The translations under genes and the position numbers were made by a program. The notes below the pieces were generated by a model that was not told the origin of the DNA, searched no databases, and worked only from the letters and a program-made list of their open reading frames with translations. A DNA stretch of 62,574 bases, the filler included, from Sphacelaria rigidula (Eukaryota): the NCBI GenBank assembly GCA_964200075.2. It is 9 parts of 9 records of this genome, joined end to end, with 100 filler letters (N's around TTAATTAATTAA, not from the genome) between each part and the next. Parts side by side here need not be neighbours in the genome. Positions count along the whole stretch, not along the records: positions 48,749 to 55,611 come from CAXNAA020017704.1; positions 55,712 to 62,574 come from CAXNAA020017705.1; 7 more parts are not named here. One strand, written 5' to 3'. Each line of letters starts with the position of its first letter. Within the stretch, counting starts at the first letter, position 1. Below, in pieces: positions 50,891 to 62,574 of the stretch.

Positions 50891-53800
50891 CGCGAGTTGG
50901 AGAAAGCATTACCCTATTTTGATACACATGGGTGGGGTGGTTTTTTCGGTTGTCTGTTTTTTTTGGAACAAGGGGAAGACAAAAGCACACCATTTTTCGA
51001 TCGAAAAAGTGCGGTAGGAGAGAAAAACCCGGTATGATGAAGCAGGATAGGTTATTTACGTCACGTCATTCATGTTGAAATTACGACCTGTCAGATCGAG
51101 TTTTTTTTTTCCCACCGCACTTTTCCGTTCGAAAAATAGTTTCGCAAGGACACGGCCCGATGGAGTCATCAAGACGAACCAATACTTGCATAAATCAAGA
51201 AGAACCAAGACGAGTAAAAGGCAGAAAAAATAAACTGACTCTGACCCAGCTGCGACCTCGTCGCAGTTGGTGCGCTAGCTATAGAGCTAATCCGTGACGT
51301 CTATCCTTCATTGTAGCCACCCACCCCACCCACCTCTCCGGTTTTCGCGGTGCTGGTCAACATTTCCCTCACAAATTAAAAACAATTCACGCACACACAC
51401 ACAAAGGTAACCCAAGAAAGGAGGATTAACCAAGAACGAACCATTTGCTACACCCTGGTTCCACCCTCTCTTGCGTAATAGGGCGGCGCTTTGGCAAAAT
51501 AATCCGTGCAAGTTCGAGGACCACCACTGTGACGCACTGACTGTCTCGCACATGAAGGCGATGGCTGCCTTGCTCAACACGTGGTGGTATGAAGGGCTTT
51601 TGGCTTGGTGACTGAGCAGAACTGAGGACTAGGGGGAATGAGAGGGGTGGGTGCACTTTCACTATCTTGCCTTGATCCTTTCTTTCGAAGCGGCTAACCT
51701 GCGATTACGGCATGGGTACAAGGGGTTGCTGCTATTTGATGTCGTTACCCAATGACTAACTGATTCGTTACTCTCGCAAGTGGTTGGCCTGTGAGGTGGG
51801 GGAAACGCGCTGTTTCTGTTGCTGTTCTTGTTACCCGGCCTCGGTGTCGTGGGGCTGAGAGCGACCGGAGTTGACATACCGTCATTACGGTATACTCGTA
51901 CTGCAACTCCAAATGTTGCGTCGTTCGTTTGTCCTCACCATGAAATATATGCAGAGCCACCGACCCAGGTTGAGGTGTCCTGACGATGTCCGCTCACCTC
52001 TGTGGGTCAATGAACGAAGATGTGACTGGAACAGACTTGTCCTCCCTGGTCGGCCCCGCAGCTGCGCGGCAAGGTCCGTATCCTCAGCAGCCGCCCGCGC
52101 TGGTACCACCGGCCCCTCCTCCCCCCACCCTCCCACTCCCTTCCCCACCTGTCCCAGCCTGCGCTCCCCGCCCGCCCCAAGTTTTGGAATCGGCTTCGGT
52201 GCGGAGCCGCTGTTGTCGACGAAGTTGGGCCTTGTGCACGGCGCGCCTCCCGCGGGAGTGGCAACGGCCCCACCTATACTCGGATGAGTGGCGTCGTGCC
52301 TGGAGAACATGCATCGTGCGCCCCGCGGGCAACGTACACCCGACCTCGAACGGATGTAACGCCATGCGACGGTGAGCACGAGGTGATCTTGTCGGGTAGA
52401 TTGGAGTACAGTTTAACAAGGCCGAGGTGTGTGACATGGCCCATTGGCAGCTCCGTTTGCGGTGATGGTGTGCTCGACCTGGTCTTCTTTGTCGGGGTCG
52501 GTATCGGACTTGACGTAGCTGTTGCTGCGGCCTGCTGTTTGTGCTTCGGCTGTGACGGTGGAGCCTTAAGCTCCAGACCGACCCTCTCTCTCCCCACCAG
52601 GTCCAGGGCATGTCCGTTCGTCGGTCAGCGCTACTACTCGTACAAACATCGGGGGTGGGGTGATGCCGTGGTCGTCTTCGTGGGGTGGTGCTAGGTGGTT
52701 GTGCTGGCGAAGGTCAAGGGCGGTGCGGGTGATAGCGCTCATCCAGTCTGCGAAGCCGAGTGGGTGCCTTGAATGAAGGAATTGAGGGTTTTCCCGGCTA
52801 GCTGTTGCAGTTCGGCGAGGCAGGTGGTGACAGAGTTGGTGACCCTCTCTGCATGATCACGTAGCTCGAAGATTGTAGCTTACTGCTGGTCGTCAATGCG
52901 GAAGAGCCAAGGGCGCCGCCGGTGATGTCGGCGACCACTGCTTTTACGGCGTAAATAAAATGGATATCGAACCGTTGTGATGTTGGGGTCTAACCCACCG
53001 GGAGGGGCGGGGCGAACGCGGTGATGTCGAAGCGTGCGAGATTCTGCATCATGTCACACATTTGCGGGTTGAACACCACCACCTCCAGGCAGATGGTCTC
53101 CACCTTCTTGTTTGACACCACAAATTTGGAAGTTTGCCCACGAGGGCGTTTGTTCGCCAATTCATCACGTGTTGTTTCGCCGCCTCAGAAATGACTCTAT
53201 TTATTTTCGCTATGGCGAGATCCACGGGCGCCGACGAGGCCGCTGGCGCGGTCCGCCGATGAAAATGAAAGTCAGGGTACCCCATTGTAAGCCAAGGACC
53301 CCCCGTTCAGTTTGTGTCGCTGGTGGGGCGGGGTACCGTTGTCTGTGGTGGGCTAGTTCAGGTTTGCCGGCGGGGTTACTGTTGTTGGTGAAAGTGGTAG
53401 TGTTGCTGGTGCTGGGGTCGCGGTCCACCTTGAGCTTGTTGTAGCGGAAGTCGCCGTCTTTCGTGTAAGCTTTTGAGTGTCGACCTGGGGTCTATTTGAG
53501 GCTTCCAGCAACCGAAGCAATGTGCAAATACAACGTCATCATGGATTGCCTGGCCGGCACCTACGGCTCTTACAGTCCTTTAGAACGTTTAAGAACGTCA
53601 GAAACTCACTAAAAAACACACCTGGTAGCCTTGAGATCGCTCGAGTGTTGACGAGCCTGGGCATGGTGGTGCCATTAGCCCTTCGGGCAGAAGTTATTGA
53701 CCGGGACGCGCTTTTCTTGCGTCCCGATGTGTACTCGTTCGTTGTGTGGTGATGCATAGTGCAGCATGTTGACTTTTTTTGCACCTTCGGCGGGATTCCT

Positions 53801-54039
53801 TCAACGTAATTGACCGGGACGCGTTTCCTTTCGTCGTTAGTACGTGCTGTTGTTGTTGCTGCATCGTGGAGCATCATCTCTTTGTTTACTGCTGTTGGCG
53901 AGACTCGTTCATTTTTCACGTTCGTCAACAAGAAATGTGTGCGGATACCGCCAAGCGAACTACCCACCCGCGCCTTCCTTTGCAGACGCTCCTTACCCCT
54001 CTCCCGCCGCAAGCGCCGCGTTCCCTTTGGTCCACTCCT

Positions 54040-55330
54040 CCACCGAAATCTCTTCCCGCCTGGGGATTGGTGACCCCACGTGCAGCCTTGTCCTTGCCTA
54101 GGTGGGGCACCTTGTAGGTGTTCTCCCCGTTGCAACGCAGCACCTGCTCCATGCACGCTTGGAGCGTAGTCCATACCTTGCCAACCTTGGCGGGCTCCGC
54201 CGACTCCCATGCGCTGTTGACCTCGCCGATGAGATCATCGATGGTCCTGGCTCGCGTGCGATCCTGCAGAGACTGGATCGACGCGAAGGAACTGAGGTCC
54301 AGGATGTTGGTATCAGGACTGTCAGGCGGCTCATTGGTGAGCTCAAGCTTGAATCCATACGAGGGACACGCCGCAAGCAACTCCTGGTCTTTGTTCAGCC
54401 GGCGCCGCTTCGCGTTGTCCCGCGTCGTCCCGCGTTGTCCCGCTGCAGGTAGATTGTGTTGCGTCGAGTCGCAGCCGGCTATTTTTGCTTGATTGCGAGG
54501 ATCATGTCGTCACTGAGCCTTGCCTTGTAGGTATCCTTGGTGACCTCCACGCACTTTGTTACAAGAGTTCCAGCGGCACGGTTACGGCTGTTGCGTATAG
54601 CTGAAGCCTTCTCTAGGAAGGCCCAGCAGCCGATGTTGCCGTTGGCGGCGGCATTTTTTTGACGCGGGCGAGCAGCAGCGAGAAGCATAACCTGCTGGAT
54701 AAATATGTTCCTCTGGATCTTGCGGACAGAAGGGATTTCTTCGTCGTACAACTATAATCTCCGACCTTCCTTGCAGAGATGAACGTTTATCGTTTACATG
54801 AACAAAGTGCTCGAGGTGGTGTACCACTCTAGAACTACTCGTAGTAGTGTCCACCCGCCGCAACTCCCACCTCAGGCGTCCAAGTTTCCCCTCATCGGTA
54901 AGAAGCGGCTTGAGAGCGCTGGAATGTGCCCTCACTCCGAGCGCCTTAAGGTTGTCACTAAGTGTAGACCGCGGAATACCGAGCGCTTCAGCCAGGCGGT
55001 GCTGTGTTGTGCGTTTGTTCAACGGCATAGCCCGCAGGCGCTGACGCAGTTCTTGAAGGGGTACGGACTTCCTGCCGCTTTCCCCCTTTCGCTTGTGTGC
55101 CAGCTGTGGGAAGGCGACCCCTGCTTGGTGCTGTGCATCGTACCTCCTCCACGGTCTCTCTATTGACTACCAGTAGCAGCCAAACTTCTCCGCCGCTGCC
55201 TTGAAGGCACCTCAGTGCATGACGTCACCCTTGCTGCCAGCGAGGAGGTACCAAATCACTACACCCTTTTCCAAATCGTTAAAATTCTTGCGCTTTGGCG
55301 CCTGGGAAGCATTCCCAGCAGCGGGCATGC
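54040..55330 (-). pseudogene. Mariner (DD39D, plant/stramenopile-type) transposase, frameshifted
   Basis: Motifs: LKPLLTDEGKLGRL, FVHVNDKR (=VHVDEKWF), VMLLAAARPR, GNIGCWAF, RNSRNRAAGTL, DNAK, PPDSPDTNILDL..FASIQSLQ and GENTYKVPHLGK, spread over several frames. Confidence 0.9.
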
Positions 55331-55711
55331 CTCAACAGAAGATAGAAGGGCAATTGACCGGGGGTTTCAAGTGAGGGTGGTGATTTCGAGCTACTTCTTT
55401 CGGGGTAGGGAAATCATTTTTTGGTGCAAAGTTTGAAAAACACCGGTTTGGGGCGAACCGCACGAAAGTGGCCAAACCGAAGAAAAAAACACTCTGAAAA
55501 AACAACATACTTCCTCTGTCCCATAAGTCTGTATCGTTATCTCTGTCCCATAAGTCTGCATCGTTATGTTTGTACGAGCCCTTAACGATGTCCGATTTGA
55601 TTTTCGATTATNNNNNNNNNNNNNNNNNNNNNNNNNNNNNNNNNNNNNNNNNNNNTTAATTAATTAANNNNNNNNNNNNNNNNNNNNNNNNNNNNNNNNN
55701 NNNNNNNNNNN

Positions 55712-55801
55712 AGAAAAGATTCCGGATCACTCCGGGAATCGAACCCCCCTATTCAACCATCAGAAGGTTACGAGATTACCAACTGAGCTACCGGGGCGAC
55801 C
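55712..55801 (-). mobile_element. tRNA-derived SINE head, copy 4 (cut by the contig end)
   Basis: GGTCGCCCCGGTAGCTCAGTTGG..TAACCTTCTGATGGTTG..GGGGTTCGATTCCCGG carries canonical A and B boxes. Confidence 0.8.
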
Positions 55802-55947
55802 GGCATACAAAACTAAGTAAGTTAAGGACGACTCATTATTTGTCCGACCCTTGCAACTGGGTGGGGGATACATGAACCATCCGCCAAAACTCCGCGAGAC
55901 TGGCGACGGACGAAGTTTCAGAACAGAAATCATGAATGGATGTTTAA

Positions 55948-56045
55948 CCCTTGGACAGCGGGAGTAGGTCACCTGTTGAATCGGCATCAATTTCTCTTGA
56001 AAAAAGTATACATGATCCAGAAAGACTAACCTCGCGGTCTAAGGG
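55948..56045. mobile_element. piggyBac-type MITE (~98 bp)
   Basis: TTAA|CCCTTGGACAGCGGG..CTCGCGGTCTAAGGG|TTAA. Confidence 0.88.
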
Positions 56046-56187
56046 TTAATAGCTTCAACATGCATTCCTCTCGGTTTTATTACAAAATAGAATTAATATA
56101 GCGTCTGTCAAGGCAAACGGCGCGCACAGGCGATGGATGAAGCACACGAAAGACAGACGGGTCATGACCGTGGTATCATCGTCTCAC

Positions 56188-59094
56188 CTGAAAAAACAGC
56201 CGGTCGGCAGAGCTCAGTTCCGCCTCGGGAAGGTTAAGCACGAATCGAACCTGATTCCGAGCAAACGTACGATAGAGGCAATTCGACGTCGCAATCGCAT
56301 GGGACGATGCCGACATCAGTAATGGATAATGGGCACGGGTACTTCGCAATACTCTACACTGCCCCGACAACCGTCACTCCCATATTTTTGCGCACCGGCA
56401 GCTTGCAAAATGCAGATACACTCGCGCATTCGCGCAAAAAATCAGTAGAGCTGAGGATTTGTACGTAGACGTGAACAATGGTTGACACTCGATTTTACTT
56501 AAATTTAGAGAAAAATTATGGGCTGGGGCAGGTGAGCAGTGGACCCAGCTCGTCCAGAAGGTGTTTTGGTCCAAAATCGGCTGAAAGGCGTCGATTCAAG
56601 CTCTGGCAACGCACACTATGCCTATGAATCGCTCTGCAGCCCTTTGCCCGAGGGTTCTCGGTATGCCTTGGTCGGGGTTAGGGTTAGCGTTAGCGTTAGG
56701 GTTGGCGGCATCTCCATAGTACCAACCATTGTTCACGTACAAATCCTCAGGTCGCCTAAAAAAAATGGGGGAAACGGGACCCAACTACTTTTCAGGTTGC
56801 TATATTGTCTGTGCTGAACTGCATAGTTTCCGGGTCTTGTCTGCAACTTTCATCAGGCCACAGGCCACCTGATGGACGCCACGAAGCGTACCCACTCGAC
56901 ATCCACGGTCCATGCAACACACGAGGCACCGAGTTCACTGGAACCGGTCGTTATACTATAATCAAACTCAAGTATTTCTTGTTGTTTCCCATGATTTTTG
57001 AACGGATTCAACTCGGGTTTTTTGTGTTGGTGGACACACGTGCGCTAATCGAGCCCCCTGTACTGTAGAGAGGTCAACAAGATTGACTTGTTTGGAGAGG
57101 GGGGGGGGGGGGTTCGTTCAGGCCCGGTCTGGGCATCATTTTCGTTCGCCAGCTGGCTACAGCCCAGAAGAGTGAAGTGTACAGTAGTATAGCTATGATA
57201 GTGTCACAAGCACCACCATGTCATCATGAAGGAAGCTTACAGTATAACTTCGAAAGGGGACAGTATTCCAACACACGGGATCGCACACGCAAGAAAGATA
57301 CATGCTTACGTTGGCTGCACGATGCCCGGTGTGTAAAGTGCTTGGCAGTCTTTGCCATGGTATCTTCAAACAATTTCTGTCACGGTACGTACGAACTGTA
57401 TTTAACCGCAAGATTCGCCAACCCTGAGCATTGTGTGAGTTCTGTCTGTAGGGCACCGATCAACACGAGCCATCCACAACCAAAGCACGACGTCCAACAA
57501 AAGGGAGCCAGCATCGATGCCGATACAGTCACCCACACCAACAATAGTTCTGTCTCATCTAATCCCCGGATCCAAAGCCGTGCATGATACAGGAGGAGCG
57601 AGCTAAGCGCAAGTGGTGACTGCAATGCCAACCACAGTGACCGCAACCATACCGCAGGCACGACGACTCTCATAGCGAACGCTGGGTACATAGTATATGT
57701 TGGGTACACCAACCCGTATACAGAGAGACAATGCACCACTTGTGGGGCCATTGTTGTCTTGGATATCATCTCTCCGCAGCACGGTCCTGTGCTGCGGCTG
57801 CGTGCTGCAGAAGGCCGGTAAACACATGTGTGACGGAGTCTAATATTAAAACCAAGTTTGCGGTATAAAATGCGTTACGTAATCAAGTTTGCGTTATATA
57901 TAATGCGTTACGTGATCTAGAGGGGCTGGCAGTAACTTGAATTAAATTACTTAAAATTAGAGCATGCGCTGTGTAATTAGACATGTACCCATGAACCCAA
58001 AAACGAACGACAGCATTACTGTGCTGGGCCTTCATGTGTTTCTTCTCGGTATATCTCGCTTCACGCCGGTCAGGTGCGGACGATCGCCAAAAAACTACGG
58101 AGGAACTAGAATAGAAGTTGCAGCACATGTAAGTACAAACTTCACAGTCTTTGTCAGGGGCGGATGATCTTGTGGGAGGTGAAGGAGAGCACAGACAGGA
58201 CGGACTGGGCTGTACCGCCTGTTGTATGCACTGTTATAGGTGACAACCTGTGGGTACAACAAACCACGTCACACTACCATGTCAACCCCACTACATTCAA
58301 CCACTAGAGGCCTGTTGACAGTGTGCGCGGATAATCTCGAGAGATCATGACCGGTACTGAACTCAAGATGATTATGCATGAGGACAGAAGGCGTACATGA
58401 AGAACGTTCGAGGTTCATGTACAAAGTTCCGAGCTTCAGTCATTGATCTCCATTTCCTTGCCACCAGCGTAGATTGCATTACACTACACCTCACTCCACA
58501 GGTCCATAAATTGCATGCGCAGAAACGTACCTGCTCGTCGCCTAAATACATCCGTCTTCATCATGAACGCAACGATTTGTGCATCATCCCTCAAATGAAA
58601 ACGAGTCGAGTTCCCAACAAAATGTGCAGGCCTCCGCGGAGACGCACCATGTCCGTCAAGAAGAAAAAACACCAGCAGCAACACAAAACTAAACGGACCT
58701 GAACGTCGTCCAACGCGTCCTCCAACGTTGGTCCTCGCGCTTTATTCCTCGGCGCCTTTCCCGCTGCCGCCGCCGAAAGGTCACCTCCACTGCTGACGCC
58801 AGTACAATTCAGAGTGTCGCCTTCAGTGGGACTTCGCGGCGGGCGTGCAATATCTCCGCACACGCCCCCGGCAGCTGTCGCCGCCGCCGCAGACCTGGAT
58901 CCCTCATTTGCATCGACGCTGGCTGCCGCAGCTGTAGCGTTACGGCTCAGTTGCAGCTTGTTACTGTCGAACACTGCCTGACCTCCGGTGACGCGGAAGG
59001 TCTGGCGTGCCGTTGCCTGATGATTAAATCTAGATGGCGACCCTCCCGGGATGCTGGCCGATCGGGGTTTCTTGTTCTCTTCGCGGCGCTGCAT
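56188..59094 (-). CDS. DCP2: mRNA decapping enzyme Dcp2, 5' part; exons 58699-59094 and 56188-56250
   Basis: A phase-0 splice (CAG|GTCCGT .. ATCAG|) joins TLEDALDDVQ to VRFVLNLPEAELSSADRLFFQ, which is the Dcp2 Box A (LDDL..RFI.N.P.EEL....R..FQ). The next donor is CAG|GTGAGA. Confidence 0.9.
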
Positions 59095-61171
59095 GGGTTG
59101 GTTATATGGGGGGAAATATAATTACAGTCGGTACCCCCGGCAGCTCTTGCCAAAGTAATGGACGACTGACTGGCTTTAGTGGTGGTGTGTTGGGGGAGAG
59201 GTTCGTTTGTTTTGTGTGTGTGTGTGTGTGTATGGGTGCGGGGGGGCGGGGGGGGCTGTGATGCGACGCAAATTCTTCAGTTTAGTTGTCGGAAGACACG
59301 TCGTGCTGCACCGAGCTGTCTCTGCCCGGACTTGTGTGTCCGTTGTTGACCGAAGTATCAGGTGGGTTGGGCGACATTTTGCGATGTTGAAGACGAACGG
59401 AAAAAAGAAAAAAAACGTGAGAAACTACTGCGAGGGCGGAGTGTTTCTCGGTTCACACTTCACAAACGAACAGATGAATGTGGAAACACAGACAGTGTGG
59501 ACAAAAGAAAATGGCTGAACACGGTCGATTGTTTTCAGCTTCGGATTTCTCGATCGAGCTGAAAATAAAATACCCTGTCGAGAACCACCACAGTTTCTCG
59601 ACCAACCATCAGCTTCATCCGCCAAACTTGGTGCACAGCCGGAAAAAAGGGGGGCGGGTGCTAGATGGGCAGGATAGGAACACGACGTTTCGATACTCTC
59701 TCATGCCCAAGGCAGGGTCATGCCGACCGAAACTACCAGCAATAAAAAACGGAGAAAAGGAAGGGGACCTACGAAGCATTTCCCTTCAATTGTCTTTTCG
59801 AAATAAAATAATCGCATGCGTGGAAAACTACCGTACACACCCCTAACCTGGCTGTACCGTGCGATTACATAACCACGCAGGCGATAGCTGATTCGATGTA
59901 CCGACTCTGATGTCTGTACTGTCCCACGTGAATCTCAGTATCACCGTCTCTCACAAATCACGACGAGTGACGTGACCCCTCTCATTGACACGCTAAAGGA
60001 ATCAACAGCTAAAATACCCCTAGAGAAAGGCGCACCTGCTCCCCAGTTGCAGCCGCCGCTGCTGCACTCTTCTTCCTGCCACCATTGGTCTTTGGAGGAG
60101 CTGCTGCGCCTGCAGTGGGTCCCCCCGCGCCACTATCTCGCTTCATCACATAAGCGCCACCGCCAACAACCCCTCCGCTTTGACTCTGCCTCGGCGCCAG
60201 CTTTGATCTCCTCGTTGGGAACTCGAAAATGAAAAAACTGAAATCAATACAAACGGGGAAAAGGCGAAAAAAAAGGCACCGGAGGCCCAGTATTCTTCTC
60301 TTTCGCACAATCGCAGAAGTATCTCCTAATAGCACACTATGAAGGTTTACGCTATCTCTGTCTGTCTCCTTCCCCCAACACGCGTTATGAAACCCTTGGT
60401 TCCCTTTCTTTCCCTATCTCCCTCTCTCTCTTCCTACTCCTTTCTCGCTCTCTTTCTCTCGCTCTCTCTCCGTCTCTCCGTCACTCTGTGCTTTACCCCT
60501 GCATATAATTTACTCTGACCCCTGCAGCAGGTCGAAGTTGCGGGAGTGTTAGAATATGGCAATAGCATATAAAGTACAATACCTTTACTTTGGAACATGG
60601 CGACGTGTAGAGTGTAGTGTGTACCACCTGGACACCTGGATGTGCGTCGACGGACCACCGGTCACCCACCATTACTACGAGTCGTGGCTCTAGCACATGG
60701 CTATCAGCTATTGAAGTGCTGACCTTCGTCTGGGAATCCATATTTCCGCTCATGAGAAGAAGCTCAAGGTACAGATCTACGTGACCGCGTGGCACGATAG
60801 AAAAAAGCAGAAACAAACAAAAAACGATCGTCCCTTGAATATTAAAAAAAAATGAGATCTACACTTGGCACCGTTGACTGCGCGGAAGCGAGAGGGATCC
60901 AGGCTCATTTTTCATTTTTTGTACAAGTACTCGTATTTAGAGCCCGTGGGCTGCCATGGAGTCGTTTTTACCGAAATTTGCCCACAACTTGTTCTCTTTT
61001 TAGACGGAAATACGGGAGACGTGGCCACTATATTCTGTATTCGACAAAGCGATACGGTCGTGTCCGGTATCACCCCGGGTGATAAATCCCGTAAACTCGG
61101 GGCTATACTGCCGTGTGTATTGTGCAGTTGGTGTACTGGGCAGGTGAGCGGCAACGCGTTTATTGCTCTAG

Positions 61172-61325
61172 TGGAATCGGTGTGGTAGACACTGCGGGCA
61201 TGGACATGGACGAGGAAGAGTTGATGGGATCGAGGGAGGCCATGAAAGCCCTGGCGGCCGTGCAAATGGCGAGAGATCACGCCAAAGCTGAACGTCACGG
61301 TCCGGCAACGGCCTTTCTCATGCAG
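61172..61325 (+). CDS. Possible exon of an unknown gene
   Basis: An open, protein-like segment GIGVVDTAGMDMDEEELMGSREAMKALAAVQMARDHAKAERHGPATAFLMQ lies between a CTAG acceptor and a CAG|GCGAGT donor-like site. No family recognised. Confidence 0.35.
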
Positions 61326-62574
61326 GCGAGTTCATTCACGCGCAAAACATGCCGAGCATGCGTGAATATAATACGGCAGTGCTTTTGCGCTCGCGTGCGC
61401 TTGGCACAATAATCGAGCGGAGCGCAGAATCGTTTTGGGGGTGCTGTGGCACCGTTCCGCCTGATCTAGTGTCACGTTCTTCACCACCCCTTCCAAAAAC
61501 AACGAATCGTGAAATCAGCAGACTCGATTAAGCATGAAGTTACAATGATACTGATATTAAATTAGGAAACAAAGCTCGTGGCTATAATCTTGAACAACTC
61601 CAGCTGAACTCTGCACACCATAGCGCGCAGAAACAGGATGGATAATTACCTACGGCGGGCATGGGATGAGCCTAGTTTACGGGGGGTAGGCTACAAATGT
61701 TCATGGTTGACATAATTTTACGAGTACCGCTACTGGTACCCCTTACCCAAACCCCAACCCCTAGTATACTGAGAACACCCTGGCAAGGGCGCTACATACG
61801 TTTCCTAGGCAAAGTGCGACCTTGGTAGACCCCGAGTCGGCGCCAAGCTATGGCGCCGATTTCAACGAAATCGGGTTCTGTGCACGCGAGGAGCACACGG
61901 AACTGTCTGAAAGGACAGCCCTGCTAAAATACCGATTTTCACTCTTCAATCTCAAATCAAGTAATATCAACCATGTATATTTCTTAGACATTTGTAGCCG
62001 AATCCCAGCGCCAGTAAACTCCTACTGTTGTACAACCACCAGTGTAATTTTCCATTCTGACACCCGAAATGATATCGCACAAAACTTACGCTGTTCTGCG
62101 TGCCCTCCACAGTCACTTTTATACGTGAGTGGCGCATGCTTTAAGCTATCGTTTATTGGATGCGCTGTTGGGATCAGGTGATATCGTGATATTTGCTGCT
62201 CCCGGTGTCGTTTTCACCTCCCATTTTTTTACTCACGCAATGTTGCATCGTATGACTTGGTGCAGAGACAGGCATGTATGTGACTTGGCTATGGTCCATG
62301 CAGGACAACTTCTTTATTTTGCTTTTTAGTCATGATATTTCGAAAAACAACGAATTGTAAGGTGAATCAACATTATCCGCGATGGGAGGATCGAGTTACG
62401 TCGACAGCTGCGGATTTTCCAAAGAGGGGAACATGCAAAACTTCCACGGTTAGGCCGTTTCTTCCGGTTCGTATTTTGTTTGGCTCGTATTTTCCACTTT
62501 TAAACAGCCAATCATCTATGTTGAGGATCGTGCTTTTGATTGAGGATGAGAACCCGGAGGATTAAAATCTTCGT

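Noticed and set aside
6865-55711. Regular ~6.96-kb periodicity of TTAATTAATTAA
   Set aside because: Artificial linkers between size-sorted contigs; not biology.
55725-55801. Possible genuine tRNA gene
   Set aside because: It matches the head of the multi-copy SINE, and the acceptor stem and D arm do not form a normal cloverleaf.
1-62574. Most of the 60-220 aa ORFs in the supplied track
   Set aside because: Chance or antisense frames across introns and repeats; only frames with splice signals or family motifs were kept.

Overview
This is eukaryotic draft-assembly DNA, not prokaryotic. The window is nine unrelated contigs of 6864/6863 bp (1-6864, 6965-13828, 13929-20792, 20893-27756, 27857-34720, 34821-41684, 41785-48648, 48749-55611, 55712-62574), joined by an artificial N44-TTAATTAATTAA-N44 linker, so nothing can be inferred from adjacency across linkers. 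Short GT-AG exons in long repeat-rich introns and TTAGGG tracts suggest a stramenopile, probably a brown alga (inference only). Recognisable spliced gene fragments are organellar ribosomal protein bL21, DCP2, a DHHC palmitoyltransferase, a FYVE protein, an SCFD2/MIP3-like protein, a coiled-coil protein and a putative membrane protein. The rest is mostly mobile DNA: two decayed APE-type LINEs, a probable decayed CRE-like retroelement, a DD39D mariner transposase pseudogene, a tRNA-derived SINE family, piggyBac-, Tc1/mariner- and foldback-type MITEs, and degenerate satellites. The most unusual observation is a LINE family, plus a related apparently non-coding family, whose 3' ends finish in oligo(C) rather than poly(A) and whose copies repeatedly sit next to each other's C tracts. 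I see no CRISPR array, rRNA or intact tRNA.
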